Below are positions 1 through 15,589 of a DNA stretch of 64,000 bases, piece by piece. Within the stretch, counting starts at the first letter, position 1, and each line of letters opens with the position of its first letter. The stretch is from Octopus sinensis (taxonomy: Eukaryota). The notes under the pieces were generated by a model that made no database searches, was not told the origin of the DNA, and worked only from the letters and a program-made list of their open reading frames with translations. The DNA is taken from the NCBI RefSeq assembly GCF_006345805.1, contig NC_043014.1, positions 20,956,001 to 21,020,000 of the forward strand, given 5' to 3'. The translations under genes and the position numbers were made by a program.

Positions 1-2841
<2,841 letters not shown>

Positions 2842-2842
2842 T

Positions 2843-3030
2843 GTGGTTAGCTAGCAGAACTGTTAGCACGCTGGACAAAATGCTTAGTGGCATTTCGTCG
2901 GTCCTTACGGTCTGAGTTCAAAAAATGTCAACTTTCCATTTCATCCTTTTGGGGTTGATGAAATAAGTACCAGTCTCGCACTGAGGTCGATATAATCGAC
3001 TAACCCGCTTCCCCAAAATTTCAGGCTTCG
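2843..3030 (+). mobile_element. SINE family D (gcagaa..gttagcacgc..tttcatcctt..ggggtcgat..aagtaccag), diverged copy
   Basis: Homologous to the copies at 43545-43780 and 52994-53225. Confidence 0.75.
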
Positions 3031-3274
3031 TGTATTATTATTTCAGGTACAATCCAGGGAGAAAGAGGGGGGAAAGAAAAAGAATCGACCCCAGTACTTA
3101 CTTAGTTGATACTTTTATTCATTAATTCTCTAATTATTTTTTCATTTCACAACCGACGTAAAAATACGCTTTAAAATCCCAGTGAGCATTCTTTGGCTTA
3201 TTTTAGCCAAAACAGCTGAGGCTATACTGATGCACCGTTTCATGTGCCTATGATTTATTTCATACAGACTTGGT

Positions 3275-3607
3275 CAGTGGTTCTCAACCATTTCTTTTTT
3301 ATCTATGGACCCCTTTGATTATTATTTCATTCTGGTGGACCCCCATCACCACTCGATGTTTCAAAACTAGTTTTATAGATACTTGTTTCAGAATTCTTAT
3401 TTTGCTTTTCACACATTGACTTATGTAGGATGAAATATGTAAAACGCTAGAGACAGAAATCTTGTTTCTTGCAATAAATATACCTAAATCAACATTTTTC
3501 ATGAACCCTAAAAATACAATTGTGGATCTCCAATTTTTACTTGCGTGTACCCCAAAAATTTTATATGAATCTCTAGGGGTCATTTGGACTCCGGTCAAGA
3601 ACCACTG
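3275..3607. mobile_element. hAT-type MITE
   Basis: TIRs cagtggttctcaacc / ggtcaagaaccactg; no clean TSD; related copy at 27802-28128. Confidence 0.75.
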
Positions 3608-3744
3608 TCCTAGACCAACCATGAATAAACCTATAGATGTTTCGGCTGTGAACGTCTCATCATTATCTGTCCTTTTCTTTTTCTGATTTTATGTTTCTAG
3701 GACTACTTTATTCCATAAGGTTCTTCTTCCTCAAGATGTTAGAT

Positions 3745-3946
3745 CAGTGGTTATCAACCAGGACCCACATAAGATTTTACTGTTAAAATTTAAGTGCAAT
3801 ATTCTATTTTTTAAATAAAATTCCTAATAATATTTAATCATAAAATTACGATATGTTTTTTTTAAACATCGAATAGCTATGGGAATCCAAATGAATTAAA
3901 CAAGAATCAAAGAGGTTCAAAGGCCAAAAATGGTTGGGAGCCACAG
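3745..3946. mobile_element. second hAT-type MITE, degenerate
   Basis: cagtggttatcaacc ... ggttgggagccacag. Confidence 0.55.
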
Positions 3947-4275
3947 CATTACAGTGTGATTTCAGCGCAAGAGGGATGAAGCAACAATTTCTAGCCAGGG
4001 TGGTTCTCCCCCATTGGTATGAAAAAAGAATAACAACCTGTATTTTTTAAAAACAAAAAACATAAACATATATTTAGATTTTAATCCTTTTATATATTTC
4101 ACCGTTTCTAATAATATCAAAATTAAATTTCCTGAAAGATTTTTTTGAATACATGCATACATACATACATACATATACATACATACATACATACATACAT
4201 ACATACATACATACATACATACATACATACATGTATACATACATACATACATACATACATACATACATGCATATA

Positions 4276-4765
<490 letters not shown>

Positions 4766-4779
4766 AATACATACATACG

Positions 4780-4840
<61 letters not shown>

Positions 4841-5020
4841 ATTCCCAAATCAAATAGTTAAAGACTAAATCGTTCTTAGTTCTTCGGTTAGTTTTAGCCA
4901 TGCTGGTTAAGTCCATGTTGGGGCAACTAACTACTTTTAAGTCTTTCATTGAATTTTTGTTTCATGTGTACATGAAATTGCTTCTCAAATAAAGTCCCGA
5001 CACATATTTGCTCATACACA

Positions 5021-5108
<88 letters not shown>

Positions 5109-5198
5109 CACACAAGCAAACAAACAAACGTGCGTATGCACACGCACACTAAGTTAGGTAAGGGAACGTTTGACTTTGGCAATAAAGCATGATTCCAG

Positions 5199-5199
<1 letters not shown>

Positions 5200-5290
<91 letters not shown>

Positions 5291-5440
5291 GAGGAGGAGG
5301 AGGAGGAGGGGAGAGATAGAGAGAGTTTGTGAGAAAGTGTATGATTGAAAGGCAGTGAGTAGAAGAGACAGAAGGTAACGGAAAGAAGAAGAAGAAGAAG
5401 AAGAAGAAGAAGAAGAAGAAGAAGACGACGACGACTACTA
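5200..5440. repeat. compound (AGT)n/(GGA)n/(GAA)n microsatellites downstream of the LRR stop (probable 3' UTR or flank)
   Basis: Direct inspection. Confidence 0.9.
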
Positions 5441-5552
5441 ACAGTGGTAACTGTTGGACAATGTTGGTAGCGATAATGATATGATGATGAACAAAAGAAG
5501 AGTGAAAAAAAGTGAACGAAAAAATACGAAAATGTAGGAAGAATGATGAATT

Positions 5553-5853
5553 TTAAACATCAACCGCGTCATTAAAGGCCTTGTTTACACCAGGGGCGAC
5601 GATACGTGAATAAGGTTCCTCAACATCGTGTGTGTATACACTGACGTATCCAGCCCCGTTATGTTGCTTACCACACGATTCACATTTTTTCTTCTTCTCC
5701 ATGCGAAAATAGATAATTGTTAATACGACAACCACCAAGATTACAGCAGAAAGCGTCAGCGTTAAAATAAACTTAGTTGATGTTCGGCAGACGAGGCTTT
5801 CCACCGGTATCGTGAAAAGGCTTCTACCTTTAAACCTCTTAGGTTCGGCGCAC
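5553..5853 (-). CDS. LRR transmembrane receptor, last coding exon (second half of LRRCT, TM helix, cytoplasmic tail, stop)
   Basis: Acceptor tctttcatgtctttcAG|G at 5854/5853. Encodes CAEPKRFKGRSLFTIPVESLVC, TM FILTLTLSAVILVVVVLTIIYF, and a tail ending DAVDV*. The phase matches the upstream exon. Confidence 0.92.
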
Positions 5854-6021
5854 CTGAAAGACATGAAAGAAGATCAAAACCAGCTTTAGATTAGCTTTAG
5901 ATAGCTTTAATAAATTGTATACGCATGCGTAGACACACGCATGCACACACACATGCACGCACACACGCACGCACGCATGCAATCACACACAATTGCATGC
6001 TTGTACATTCGCATGCATATA

Positions 6022-6424
6022 CTCTTTTACTCTTCTACTTGTTTCAGTCATTTGACTGTGGCCATGTTGGAGCACCGCCTTTAGTCGAGCAAATCAACCC
6101 CAGGACTTATTCTTCGTTAGCCTAGTAATTATTCTAACGGTCACTTTTGCCGAACCGCTAAGTTACGGGGACGTAAACACATCAGCATCGGTTGTCAAGC
6201 GATGTTGGGGGGACAACACAGACACACAAACATATACATACACATACATATATATACATATATACGACGGGCTTCTTTCAGTTTCCGTCTACCAAATCCA
6301 CTCACAAGGCTTTGGTCAGCCCGTGGCTATAGTAGAAGACACTTGCCCAAGATACCACGCACTGGGACTGAACCCGGAACTATGTGGTTGATAAGCAAGC
6401 TACTTACCACACAGCCACTCCTAC
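6022..6424 (-). mobile_element. SINE family A
   Basis: Reverse complement of the 4276-4765 type. Confidence 0.9.
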
Positions 6425-7487
6425 CCCTATGTATATTTATTTATATGCATGTTCTTTTCTGCTTTAAATTATCTAAATTCTTCTGAAGAAGAAGGAACTG
6501 GTTTCTAACAGAGATACAAAGCGAAAACTATGTTCACATTTTAAACCTAAGAAAAGTCTTGCATACTTTTCTGTTCCACCTAGATGTTGAGTCCAAGTGG
6601 AATGAGAGGAGTACTTACGTCTTTTTAGCTGGCTTACTGGTGCTGTGGTGCTGATTTCGCCAGTGGTGGTGTTGTTAGTTTCAGCCATAATAGTGTTAGC
6701 AAAATTGTACGTGGTATAAGGTATATTTTTAAAATTCGCTCTGAATAGCGCTACGTTTATAAATAAAAAGTGTTTCTCTTATTTAACTGATTTAGGTTGG
6801 AGGAGTCGCATAAGTGTAGAAGGCAACGTTCAAAAATATTTTTTAAACGGACCTCTACGCGTGCACGTCTGATGTTGATGACACCATCTTGGCATGTATG
6901 CATTTATGTATGTATGTATGTATGTATGTATGTGTGCATGTATGTATGTATGTATGTATGTATGTATGTATGTATGCGTGCATGTATTTATTTATGTATG
7001 TAGGTTCGAGCTCTATTATGGTACAACGGTGGATGAAATTAATATTCAAGGATCCATAAAGTTTATTTTAATGAGAACCTTTCTATCAGACATATCAACC
7101 CAATCAAATATGACATAGTTATTATTAATAAAAAAAATATTGTAGATGCATTTTTACTAAGCCTAAAGAATGTACTCAAGTAACCTTATGGAACACTAAA
7201 TAGTCAAGAGATGGTCCCCATCTTTAATGGCAAATTTCATGTTTCTACAACTCTTTTTTAAGTATTGTTATGCATCATTTACCAAAGCAGTTCTTATTAA
7301 AGCCCTAAACTGTGCGAGACCAGCTACTACTTTTGTGACGTTGAAATTAGTGTTATAATGCAAGCAAAACAAAATCTCTTCTTATTCCATTTTCATATTG
7401 AAATCTAATGTTTCATTCGATGTTAGCATGGGAGCGAACGATTCCGCAGGGAAAGACGGTCTCCAACTACTTAAAAACTGTAAATCT

Positions 7488-7672
7488 CTATTTACTGACC
7501 TGCTGAAGAAAGACGTACACGTCTTTAGAAAAGAAAGGTATGGCTGTATGATAAGAAGTATGTGTATGTACTAAACTGGGTTTTATACTTGTTTCTTCTA
7601 TCCATCTGTTCAAATCTATAGGGATAGTTCCTAAAGCACCTATAACTACTGGGATACATTTTACTCGCACTT
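7488..7672 (-). mobile_element. short, heavily 5'-truncated R4/Dong-like ORF C-terminus abutting (TAA)n
   Basis: RVKCIPVVIGALGTIP resembles the C-terminal IPIIVGALG region of the 37456-39925 element. Confidence 0.7.
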
Positions 7673-7683
7673 TATTATTATTA

Positions 7684-7756
<73 letters not shown>

Positions 7757-7757
<1 letters not shown>

Positions 7758-7830
7758 TTATGTTTGACTTTTGCTTTACATTTGTACAAGTTGGCTCCAA
7801 GTCTCACCCAGAGACCTCAAGAGACAACAA
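7757..7830 (-). mobile_element. ~75-bp insert between two (TAA)n runs; possible 3' tail of another TAA-targeting retroelement
   Basis: Unique sequence cleanly flanked by TTA runs on both sides. Confidence 0.45.
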
Positions 7831-7857
7831 GTTATTATTATTATTATTATATTATTA

Positions 7858-7910
<53 letters not shown>

Positions 7911-8467
7911 TTGAGTGAGAAAGCGCATGCCATCTAAGTGACACCGGGGTACAAATATACGAAGCCCAATATACCCATCATGACTACCCGTCTGATAAGA
8001 ATGCATCAGGCACATGCACCACAACCATATGTCAACGACATGGTGTCTCATATCAAGATTAATAGCGCATGAACTTGCAGGTGGGGCCCAGTTAAAATTT
8101 TCTCCAGGTAGAAAAGCCCAACCCACTCAAAAGGTCCCTGAATAAGGTTTGTTTAAGGATGATGAATGAAACACCCATGTTTCCAGGGCTGAATTATTCA
8201 AACTCCAAAGTATTCCTCTCAACACATGGCTACGATGCTCCCCAACTACTTCTGCTCGTGGTCAGAGATGCACATATCGTCAGCTACTAAGGGACTGGCT
8301 CAACTGATTCAGGTTAAACAACTGGCGAGCAAATCTGTGGTATTCAGCAGAATATTTGCTGTAGCCCATCTTTTATACCAAGACAAAACAATGTACATGA
8401 TAACACTTCCAATTAGTTAAGATGAGAAGCCATGAGAGCCAGTTCCTAGTACTGCATCAGGGCATTT
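7911..8467 (-). mobile_element. ~560-bp non-coding TAA-flanked element (copy A)
   Basis: Reverse complement of 40007-40553 and 36884-37392; flanked by (TTA)n/(TTG)n. Confidence 0.85.
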
Positions 8468-8572
8468 GTTGTTGTTGTTGTTGATGATGATGTTGTTGTT
8501 GTTATTATTATTACTATTACTATTACTATTATTATTATTGTTGTGTTGTTGTTGATGATGATGTTGTTGTTG

Positions 8573-8607
<35 letters not shown>

Positions 8608-9186
8608 GTTGTTGTTGTTGTTGTTATTATTATTATTATTATTATTATGTTCAACTACCCATATTTCTTCATTTTTTACAATAGTAGGTTTATACTTTTC
8701 CAATTGCTTTGTACATATCTGCATGGATACCCTTCACACCATTCATATTTGTAGTATAGTAAGCGACCTCTCTATCCAAGACCCTCCTAAGCCACTGTCT
8801 TTTCCAACGCATGTATACATCTGCATTTTAAACTTTCCTACTATTTCATTTTCCCTTTTTAAGCAAGTATTCAAACTTTATTTCTTTGAATTCATTTCTA
8901 AGACTATGAATTACACAAGGGAACAACTTTTTTTCATTTGATGTTGCATGGGATTTTTCAAGTAATTCTAAGTAGTTTTTCAACACTGATTTTCAAATTT
9001 AAGATTGTTTTTTTATTTGCATATTCTAGTTTTTATGCAATTTGAAATTTGTGATTTTTACGAAATTGGTATATTTGTAAGGAACTGATATAGAGGGAAC
9101 TGATAAATATATTCACTGTGTCCTGTCCATCTTATCGACTTTTGTTGTTTTTATTTATAGTTTTGAGTTGTGTACATATGTATATA

Positions 9187-9259
<73 letters not shown>

Positions 9260-9281
9260 CGTACTTACATAGATAAATACA

Positions 9282-9345
<64 letters not shown>

Positions 9346-9451
9346 ATAATATATATATATATACATACATATATACGTACATACATATATACATAAATAC
9401 ATACATATATCCAAAGATGTGTATGTGTGCGTTTGCGTGTTTAAGATCTAA

Positions 9452-10857
9452 ATGGTTTCTTCAGGTAGACATAAACGTATACATAATCCCATTTCATTTT
9501 GTTATATATGTGGCTGTTACACACTTGCTCGTCAAAGGTGTAATGTAAGAAAGTTCATGAGATGTGCATATAAGGAGTATTTTGAGGTTCACATTGGTAA
9601 CCAAAACAAAAAGTGATCTCTATATATGGTGTGTCATAACCGCAAGGTATATCTTCGTGACTGGACAAAAGAAAAACTAAAAGGTCTACCTTTTGGAGTG
9701 CCTATGGTCTAGCAAGAGCCAAAGCACCATATAAGCGACTGATATTTTTTGCCTGGTTAATATAAAGGTGTTGGTAAGGAAAACGAGCATAAGATTTCCT
9801 ATCAAAGTATTCCCTCTGAAGTTCGACCTACTCCCCATTCTCAGGAACTCCCAGTTCCAGTTTTTAATGGTTATGCCTCTTCTGAAGATGAATGCTGTAA
9901 ATCTGAACGGGAATTTGAACAAGATTTTCAAGACATCTCATTTAATGCCAAACAATCATCAACCTCTCATCGTCTAGTCAAGCGGAACTGATTAACTTAG
10001 GATGCGATTTAACACTATTAAAGAAAACAACGGCGCTATTAGCCTCCAGCCCAAATGGAAAACATTTTATTGAAAGCTCTGCCTTATATTTTAGAACGCG
10101 GGATTAGATTTTTGTGAACTTCAGAAGAGAAGCAATTTGTTTGCTGCCACGTTATCCAGACCTTCTCATACAATTAAGCGTCGCCCATTATAACCCTACA
10201 GAATGGAAATCGCTTTTGAATATCTCTAGGTGCAGCTTCAAGTGTGTTATCTTACATAATGGCGATGTGTCTGGCGTAGTCTCAGTTGGCCAGTCGATAC
10301 ATTTGCGAGAAATCCATGATCACATGAAAATGGTTATTGATTCCTCTGGTAGTGAAAAGACTTCATGACAAACATTGTGAATTACCCGACCATTTTCACC
10401 CTGACTCCATCTTAACCTTGGCTTATTGAAGCAGTTTTTAAAGGTGCTGACTACTAACTGTGAATGTTTCCAGCACATAGTTTCTGCTTCTCTTAATTTA
10501 TCTTACGAGAAAATCAAAGTGGGCATATTTGAGGGACCTCAAATTCGTGCCCTTGTACTCGCTGTCATTCGTGGCGATTATATAGAAACATTCTTAGTAA
10601 TAAAAATGCATGTAACTATGAGGTCTCGTTGCTAAAGTGCTGTTGGTTTTTCGCGATCTTGGATGCAATATAAATATTTGTCTCTGTTCACCGAAAACCT
10701 TGGAGCTGTAAGCGATGAACAAGAATAGCGCTTTAATCAAGACTTTATGACGATGGAACAGGCATGATGGCAAACTACTACTGGAGTGTCAAATAGAATG
10801 ATCTCGAAAAAGTTTATAAACGCAAGAGAAGCAAAAGAAAATTCTTGCCAAAATAGG
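9452..10857 (+). pseudogene. fossil Chapaev3-like (CMC/Transib-related) DNA transposase with internal deletion
   Basis: SFCYICGCYT...AYKEYF; PFGVPMV*QEPKHHISD*YFC; SIPSEVRPTPHSQELPVP; YNPTEWK..FKCVILHNG; LGLLKQFLKVL..LSYEKIKVGIFEGPQIR; ENLGAVSDEQ..RFNQD. Many stops and frameshifts. Confidence 0.8.
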
Positions 10858-10904
10858 AACAATTTGAGCTTTTTTTATTTATCGTTTTTATTAATCGTTT
10901 ACTC

Positions 10905-11120
10905 TTTTTTACTCTTTTACTCTTTTACTTGTTTCAGTCATTTGACTGCGGCCATGCTGGAGCACCGCCTTTAGTCGAGCAAAACGACCCCGGGACTTAT
11001 TCTTTGTAAGCCCAGTACTTATTCTATCGGTCTCTTTTGCCGAACCGCTAAGTGACGGGGATCTAAACACACCAGCATCGGTTGTCAAGCAATGCTAGGA
11101 GGACAAACACAGACAGACAA

Positions 11121-11155
<35 letters not shown>

Positions 11156-11327
11156 CATATATACGACAGGCTTCTTTCAGTTTCCGTCTACCAAATCCAC
11201 TCACAAGGCATTGGTCGGCCCGGGGCTATAGCAGAAGACACTTGTCCAAGATGCCACGCAGTGGGACTGAACCCGGAACCATGTGGTTGGTTAGCAAGCT
11301 ACTTACCACACAGCCACTCCTGCGCCT
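10905..11327 (-). mobile_element. SINE family A, young copy
   Basis: Full head, CORE-like segment and tail. Confidence 0.92.
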
Positions 11328-11392
11328 ATAAAGTTTCTCGACTTTATTTCAAACTTATTGTAATGAATTTAAATGCTGTTGTGAATATATAT

Positions 11393-11660
11393 CATCGTGA
11401 CCGACCAGGCTATCAGATGTTGCTACACATCGCTGGTCACAATACGCTTCGCATTGTTTTAGCCTTCAAATGACGCCACCCCGCTGGCTAAGCGAGCAGG
11501 CCAACAGAAGAAAAGTGAGAGAAAGTTGTGGCGAAAGAGTACAGCAGGGATCGCTACCACTCCCTGCCGGAGCGTCGTGGAGCTTTAGGTCTGGGAATCG
11601 AAACCGCGAGCCTACGACCGCGAGTCCGCTGCCCTAACCACTGGGCCATTGCGCCTCCAC
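11393..11660 (-). mobile_element. SINE family B (tRNA-derived head ggaggcgcaatggcccagtggttagggcagcgg...gtttcgattcc), tail type 1
   Basis: A- and B-box-like tRNA head; copies at 30520, 31148, 48710, 50925. Confidence 0.88.
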
Positions 11661-11717
11661 GTGAATATATATATATATATATATATTATGTATTATATAT
11701 TTATATATATATATTAT

Positions 11718-12149
11718 GTAGGAGTGGCTGTGTGGTAAGTAGCTTGCTAACCAACCACATGGTTCCGGGTTCAGTCCCACTGCGTGGCATCTTGGGCAAA
11801 TGTCTTCTGCTATAGCCCCGGGCCGACCAATGCCTTGTGAGTGGATTTGGTAGACGGAAACTGAAAGAAGCCTGTCGTATATATGTATATATATGTATAT
11901 ATATGTGTGTGTATATATATATATATGTGTGTGTATGTGTTTGTGTGTCTGTGTTTGTCCATCTAGCATTGCTTGACAACCGATGCTGGTGTGTTTACGT
12001 ACCCCGTCACTTAGCGGTTCGGCAAAAGAGACCGATAGAATAAGTACTGGGCTTACAAAGAATAAGTCCCGGGGTCGATTTGCTCGACTAAAGGCGGTGC
12101 TCCAGCATGGCCACAGTCGAATGACTGAAACAAGTAAAAGAGTAAAAGA

Positions 12150-12150
<1 letters not shown>
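11718..12150 (+). mobile_element. SINE family A, young copy, inverted relative to 10905-11327
   Basis: Near-identical to the 10905 copy. Confidence 0.92.
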
Positions 12151-12207
<57 letters not shown>

Positions 12208-12334
12208 TATATAATATATATTATATATATATATAATACATAATATATATATATATAATACATATATATATATAAACATATATATATATATATATATAAT
12301 ACATAATATATATATATATAATATATATATATAT

Positions 12335-12439
<105 letters not shown>

Positions 12440-12685
12440 CATTAAATAATGAGTGTGGAAATTAATATTATCAATTGATATTAATTTAAACCAGTGGCTA
12501 GCATACTTGAAAACTGCCGAGGACTATGAATTATATTACATATATAAATAAGAAGAATAGCCACAATGTGGACTCCTAATATGCTAGCAGAAACGCCAAA
12601 TCGCCTTACCACAAAGAATATGTTCTCGAACATATTCTTCGTGGTAAGGCGATTTGGCGTTTCTTCTAGCATATTAGGAATCCAC
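12440..12685. repeat. 118-bp near-perfect palindrome (12568-12685) plus flank resembling the 28853-29700 element family
   Basis: 58-bp arms with 3 mismatches and a 2-nt loop; 12450-12510 resembles the reverse complement of 29040-29120. Confidence 0.8.
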
Positions 12686-12713
12686 CTTCGTGACTCTTCC
12701 TCTTATCTGTATG

Positions 12714-12747
<34 letters not shown>

Positions 12748-12749
12748 AT

Positions 12750-12991
12750 ATATAAGGCAGGATGTGTGTGTGTGTACGTGAAGGTAGTTTATGCACATCC
12801 ACAAATTATCACGCATGATGCTCAAATTTTAGGAGGACATTCGTCACACTCCTAGCTGTATTTTCGTCAAATTATTTTCCCCCGAGGCCCCCGCGAATAG
12901 GGGTAAATAATTTTGAGCCATAACTTCTAAGGATTTTCACGGCGGAGAAAACCATTGTTTACAAACCTTCTAGCGACGGTGTAAAGAGAGA

Positions 12992-13039
<48 letters not shown>

Positions 13040-13204
13040 TAACAGATTTTAAAAATTTCTTTTTAGGTGAGTGATTGACAGAGAGGGGTTGTTATGTATG
13101 TATGTATATATGTGTGAATGGCTTTAGTCACCCCCACACCCCCACATGAGCATGTATGCGTACAAAACACATGCATGCAATGTGTATGTGTGTGTGTGTT
13201 GCCC

Positions 13205-13252
<48 letters not shown>

Positions 13253-14278
13253 GGGCAACATAAACGATATTCTCCATTTCTCCACAACTAATTTCCAAAT
13301 TAGCTGAATCCGTTGCTCTACTCATAGTGATATATAGCTGATCGTGCGTGAACATGGGAGAGAGCAGAGGTTACCAGAGCAAAAGACCTACGTGTTGACT
13401 GCAGACACGCTCCTTCGCAAACGATCAGCTACGTCCGGGTGCCAAATTTGCTTTAATTGATGATATTAATTGGGTAAGAGGTGGTAGTAGAACAGTGGCA
13501 GAGGCAAAGGAGTGCAAAAACATGTATGCAATATATATATACTTAGTTGTGATCTGAACATAACCACTTCTCACACAGAGGATCGGGGTCCCTTTTGGGC
13601 GTTCGATTTTCCTTGCTGGAAGGGTTCTCAACCCATGGGCAAAGTGGGGTTACATGATGGGGGTTGTGTTTTCAAAAGGGTTGGCATATGCAACCTGATC
13701 ACCTCTGCCGATCAAACTCCCAACCCATGCGCTCCCGTCGCGACACTGATTCTGCAGAACTGGGTTGGGTATGAAAATCAACTTTAAAGTATAAATATAG
13801 ATGCTTTTGAATCAGCAATGTTCCGTTAAATCCTATTTGGGGTGAAAAATCAATAAACTATTTCCTTATGGGGTTTTCTATTTAATCTGGCTAAAAAGAA
13901 TCGATAAACCGATTCCTTATAGGATTTCCCACTAAAATTGGTTACACCCCATTTTCAACCATAACGTCTACCAATTTTGATGTATTTTGTTCAAACTTGA
14001 TGCCAGCATTACTTAGGACTCATGGGATCTTTGAATGCATTAAGTTCTCCAAAAACGAAAAAAAACAAACAATCGATGAGTGGAAAAAAATCAATAAACC
14101 GATTCCTTATGGGATTTCCCAATCAAATTGTCTCCAAAATTTCAGCCAAAAGTTTACCACTTTCAACGGATTCACTCAAATTTGACGTCGATGTTACTTA
14201 GTTTGGTTTGAAATAAAGAGCTCGATTAGCTTAATAATCCTAACTTAATCCCGGAGCAAAGCCGGGCTATACTGCTAG
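12750..14278 (+). mobile_element. non-autonomous Helitron-like element; 5' limit uncertain
   Basis: 3' terminus with hairpin cccgg-agcaaag-ccggg (14250-14266) and CTAG (14275-14278) followed by T; internal repeats aatcaataaaccgattccttat. Confidence 0.7.
13250..13400 (-). pseudogene. Pif1-type (Helitron) helicase C-terminal fragment
   Basis: FTHDQLYITMSRAT...ENIVY matches the Pif1/Helitron FSHGQLYVAxSR...NVVY motif. Confidence 0.7.
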
Positions 14279-15589
14279 TAATATATATAACGCCAAAATG
14301 GTTGTTTAAAGCCCAAATTTAAAGATAGTATGACCATAAATTTCTCAGATAGAACATGGATTTATGCAAAATGTGTCGAAATTTCGTAAAGAATGGAAAA
14401 TTTGAATTGCAAAACATTTGTATCTTAGCAATGCAACTAAATTTTTATTCCCGAATGTTATTATTTTCACTCATTTCCATTTTTCTTTCTCTCTCATTTG
14501 ACTTAACTTTTTCCTTGACGGAGGGCCATTGAAACCGATTAAATATGATTTTGTTTTGTCCTTTGTTCTGTTTTGTTTTGTCATTTGTTAGATGAGTATC
14601 CACTTATTTTTAGACGCAAACATCTAAGTATAAATTGGGAGAAATTTCAAGGAGATAAATTTAAACAAATTTTAATAAAATTAGCTACATATATACATAC
14701 ATACATACATACATACATACATACAAATATACATACATACATACATACATACATACATACGTACATAATACATACATACATATGTCTCTCTCAATATATA
14801 TATGCGTGTGTATGTGTGTATGCATATATGAATTATATTACATTACACGCGCGCACATACACATATAGCTGTCTAAAAATACATGTCAGAAATCGAATGA
14901 ACCTGAAAAAATCAAGCATTCATATATTCAATAATGGTAACCGAATTACCTATTGAATTCAAACCAGAAGTCCAGAGTCAATGCCAACAATTACCAAAAG
15001 TGACTGAAAAGAATAGTATGGCATGGACTCTCTGTGACTGGGTCTTAACGGCTGTTGTGAAAAGCCGGGGCGAAAATCGTGAAAGAAATCGCCCACTTCA
15101 AACACAAAGAAGCAAACGTTTGGTTCACTGGAGTTGTATTCTTAGAATTATGATTAAAATGCGCCCTCCACCTCGGTATACAAGCTCATATGGTGGGGTT
15201 GGCGGGAAGACGAGAGTGGGGCAAAAGTGCAACGAGACAATTGAAGAGCGGAGATGGGAATGGTGGGAGAGGGTTAATTTTAAAATCGTGTGTCGTTGTG
15301 TAGATGTATGTGTGCATATGTGGTTGTATATATCGAAGTTGTGTGTGGCAAATCTTATATTAATTCCTCGAACAACCGTGAAATGAAACACCGGAGGAGA
15401 TACAATAGCCCACCAAACGACGAATTTAAGCGGAAAAACACACGAAAACTGATTTGATGAGGACTCCAGCAAGCCCGTGAATCAGCAAACTCCTACACAA
15501 GGCCCACAAATCTATATGATCAGGCTGTTACACAGAAGGATGGAAATAGGAGGTAGGAATTACTGTAAACTTTCAAACTACTAAACTTA

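Noticed and set aside
9112-9135. cactgtg as the Chapaev 5' TIR
   Set aside because: No matching 3' TIR found, so the element boundary is unsupported.
11634-12263. 209-aa ORF and the many similar [12 protein letters not shown] ORFs
   Set aside because: Open frames created by dinucleotide repeats plus SINE sequence.
14934-15386. 150-aa ORF
   Set aside because: No recognisable domain, includes TG-repeat sequence, and lies antisense within the LRR intron next to an RTE relic.
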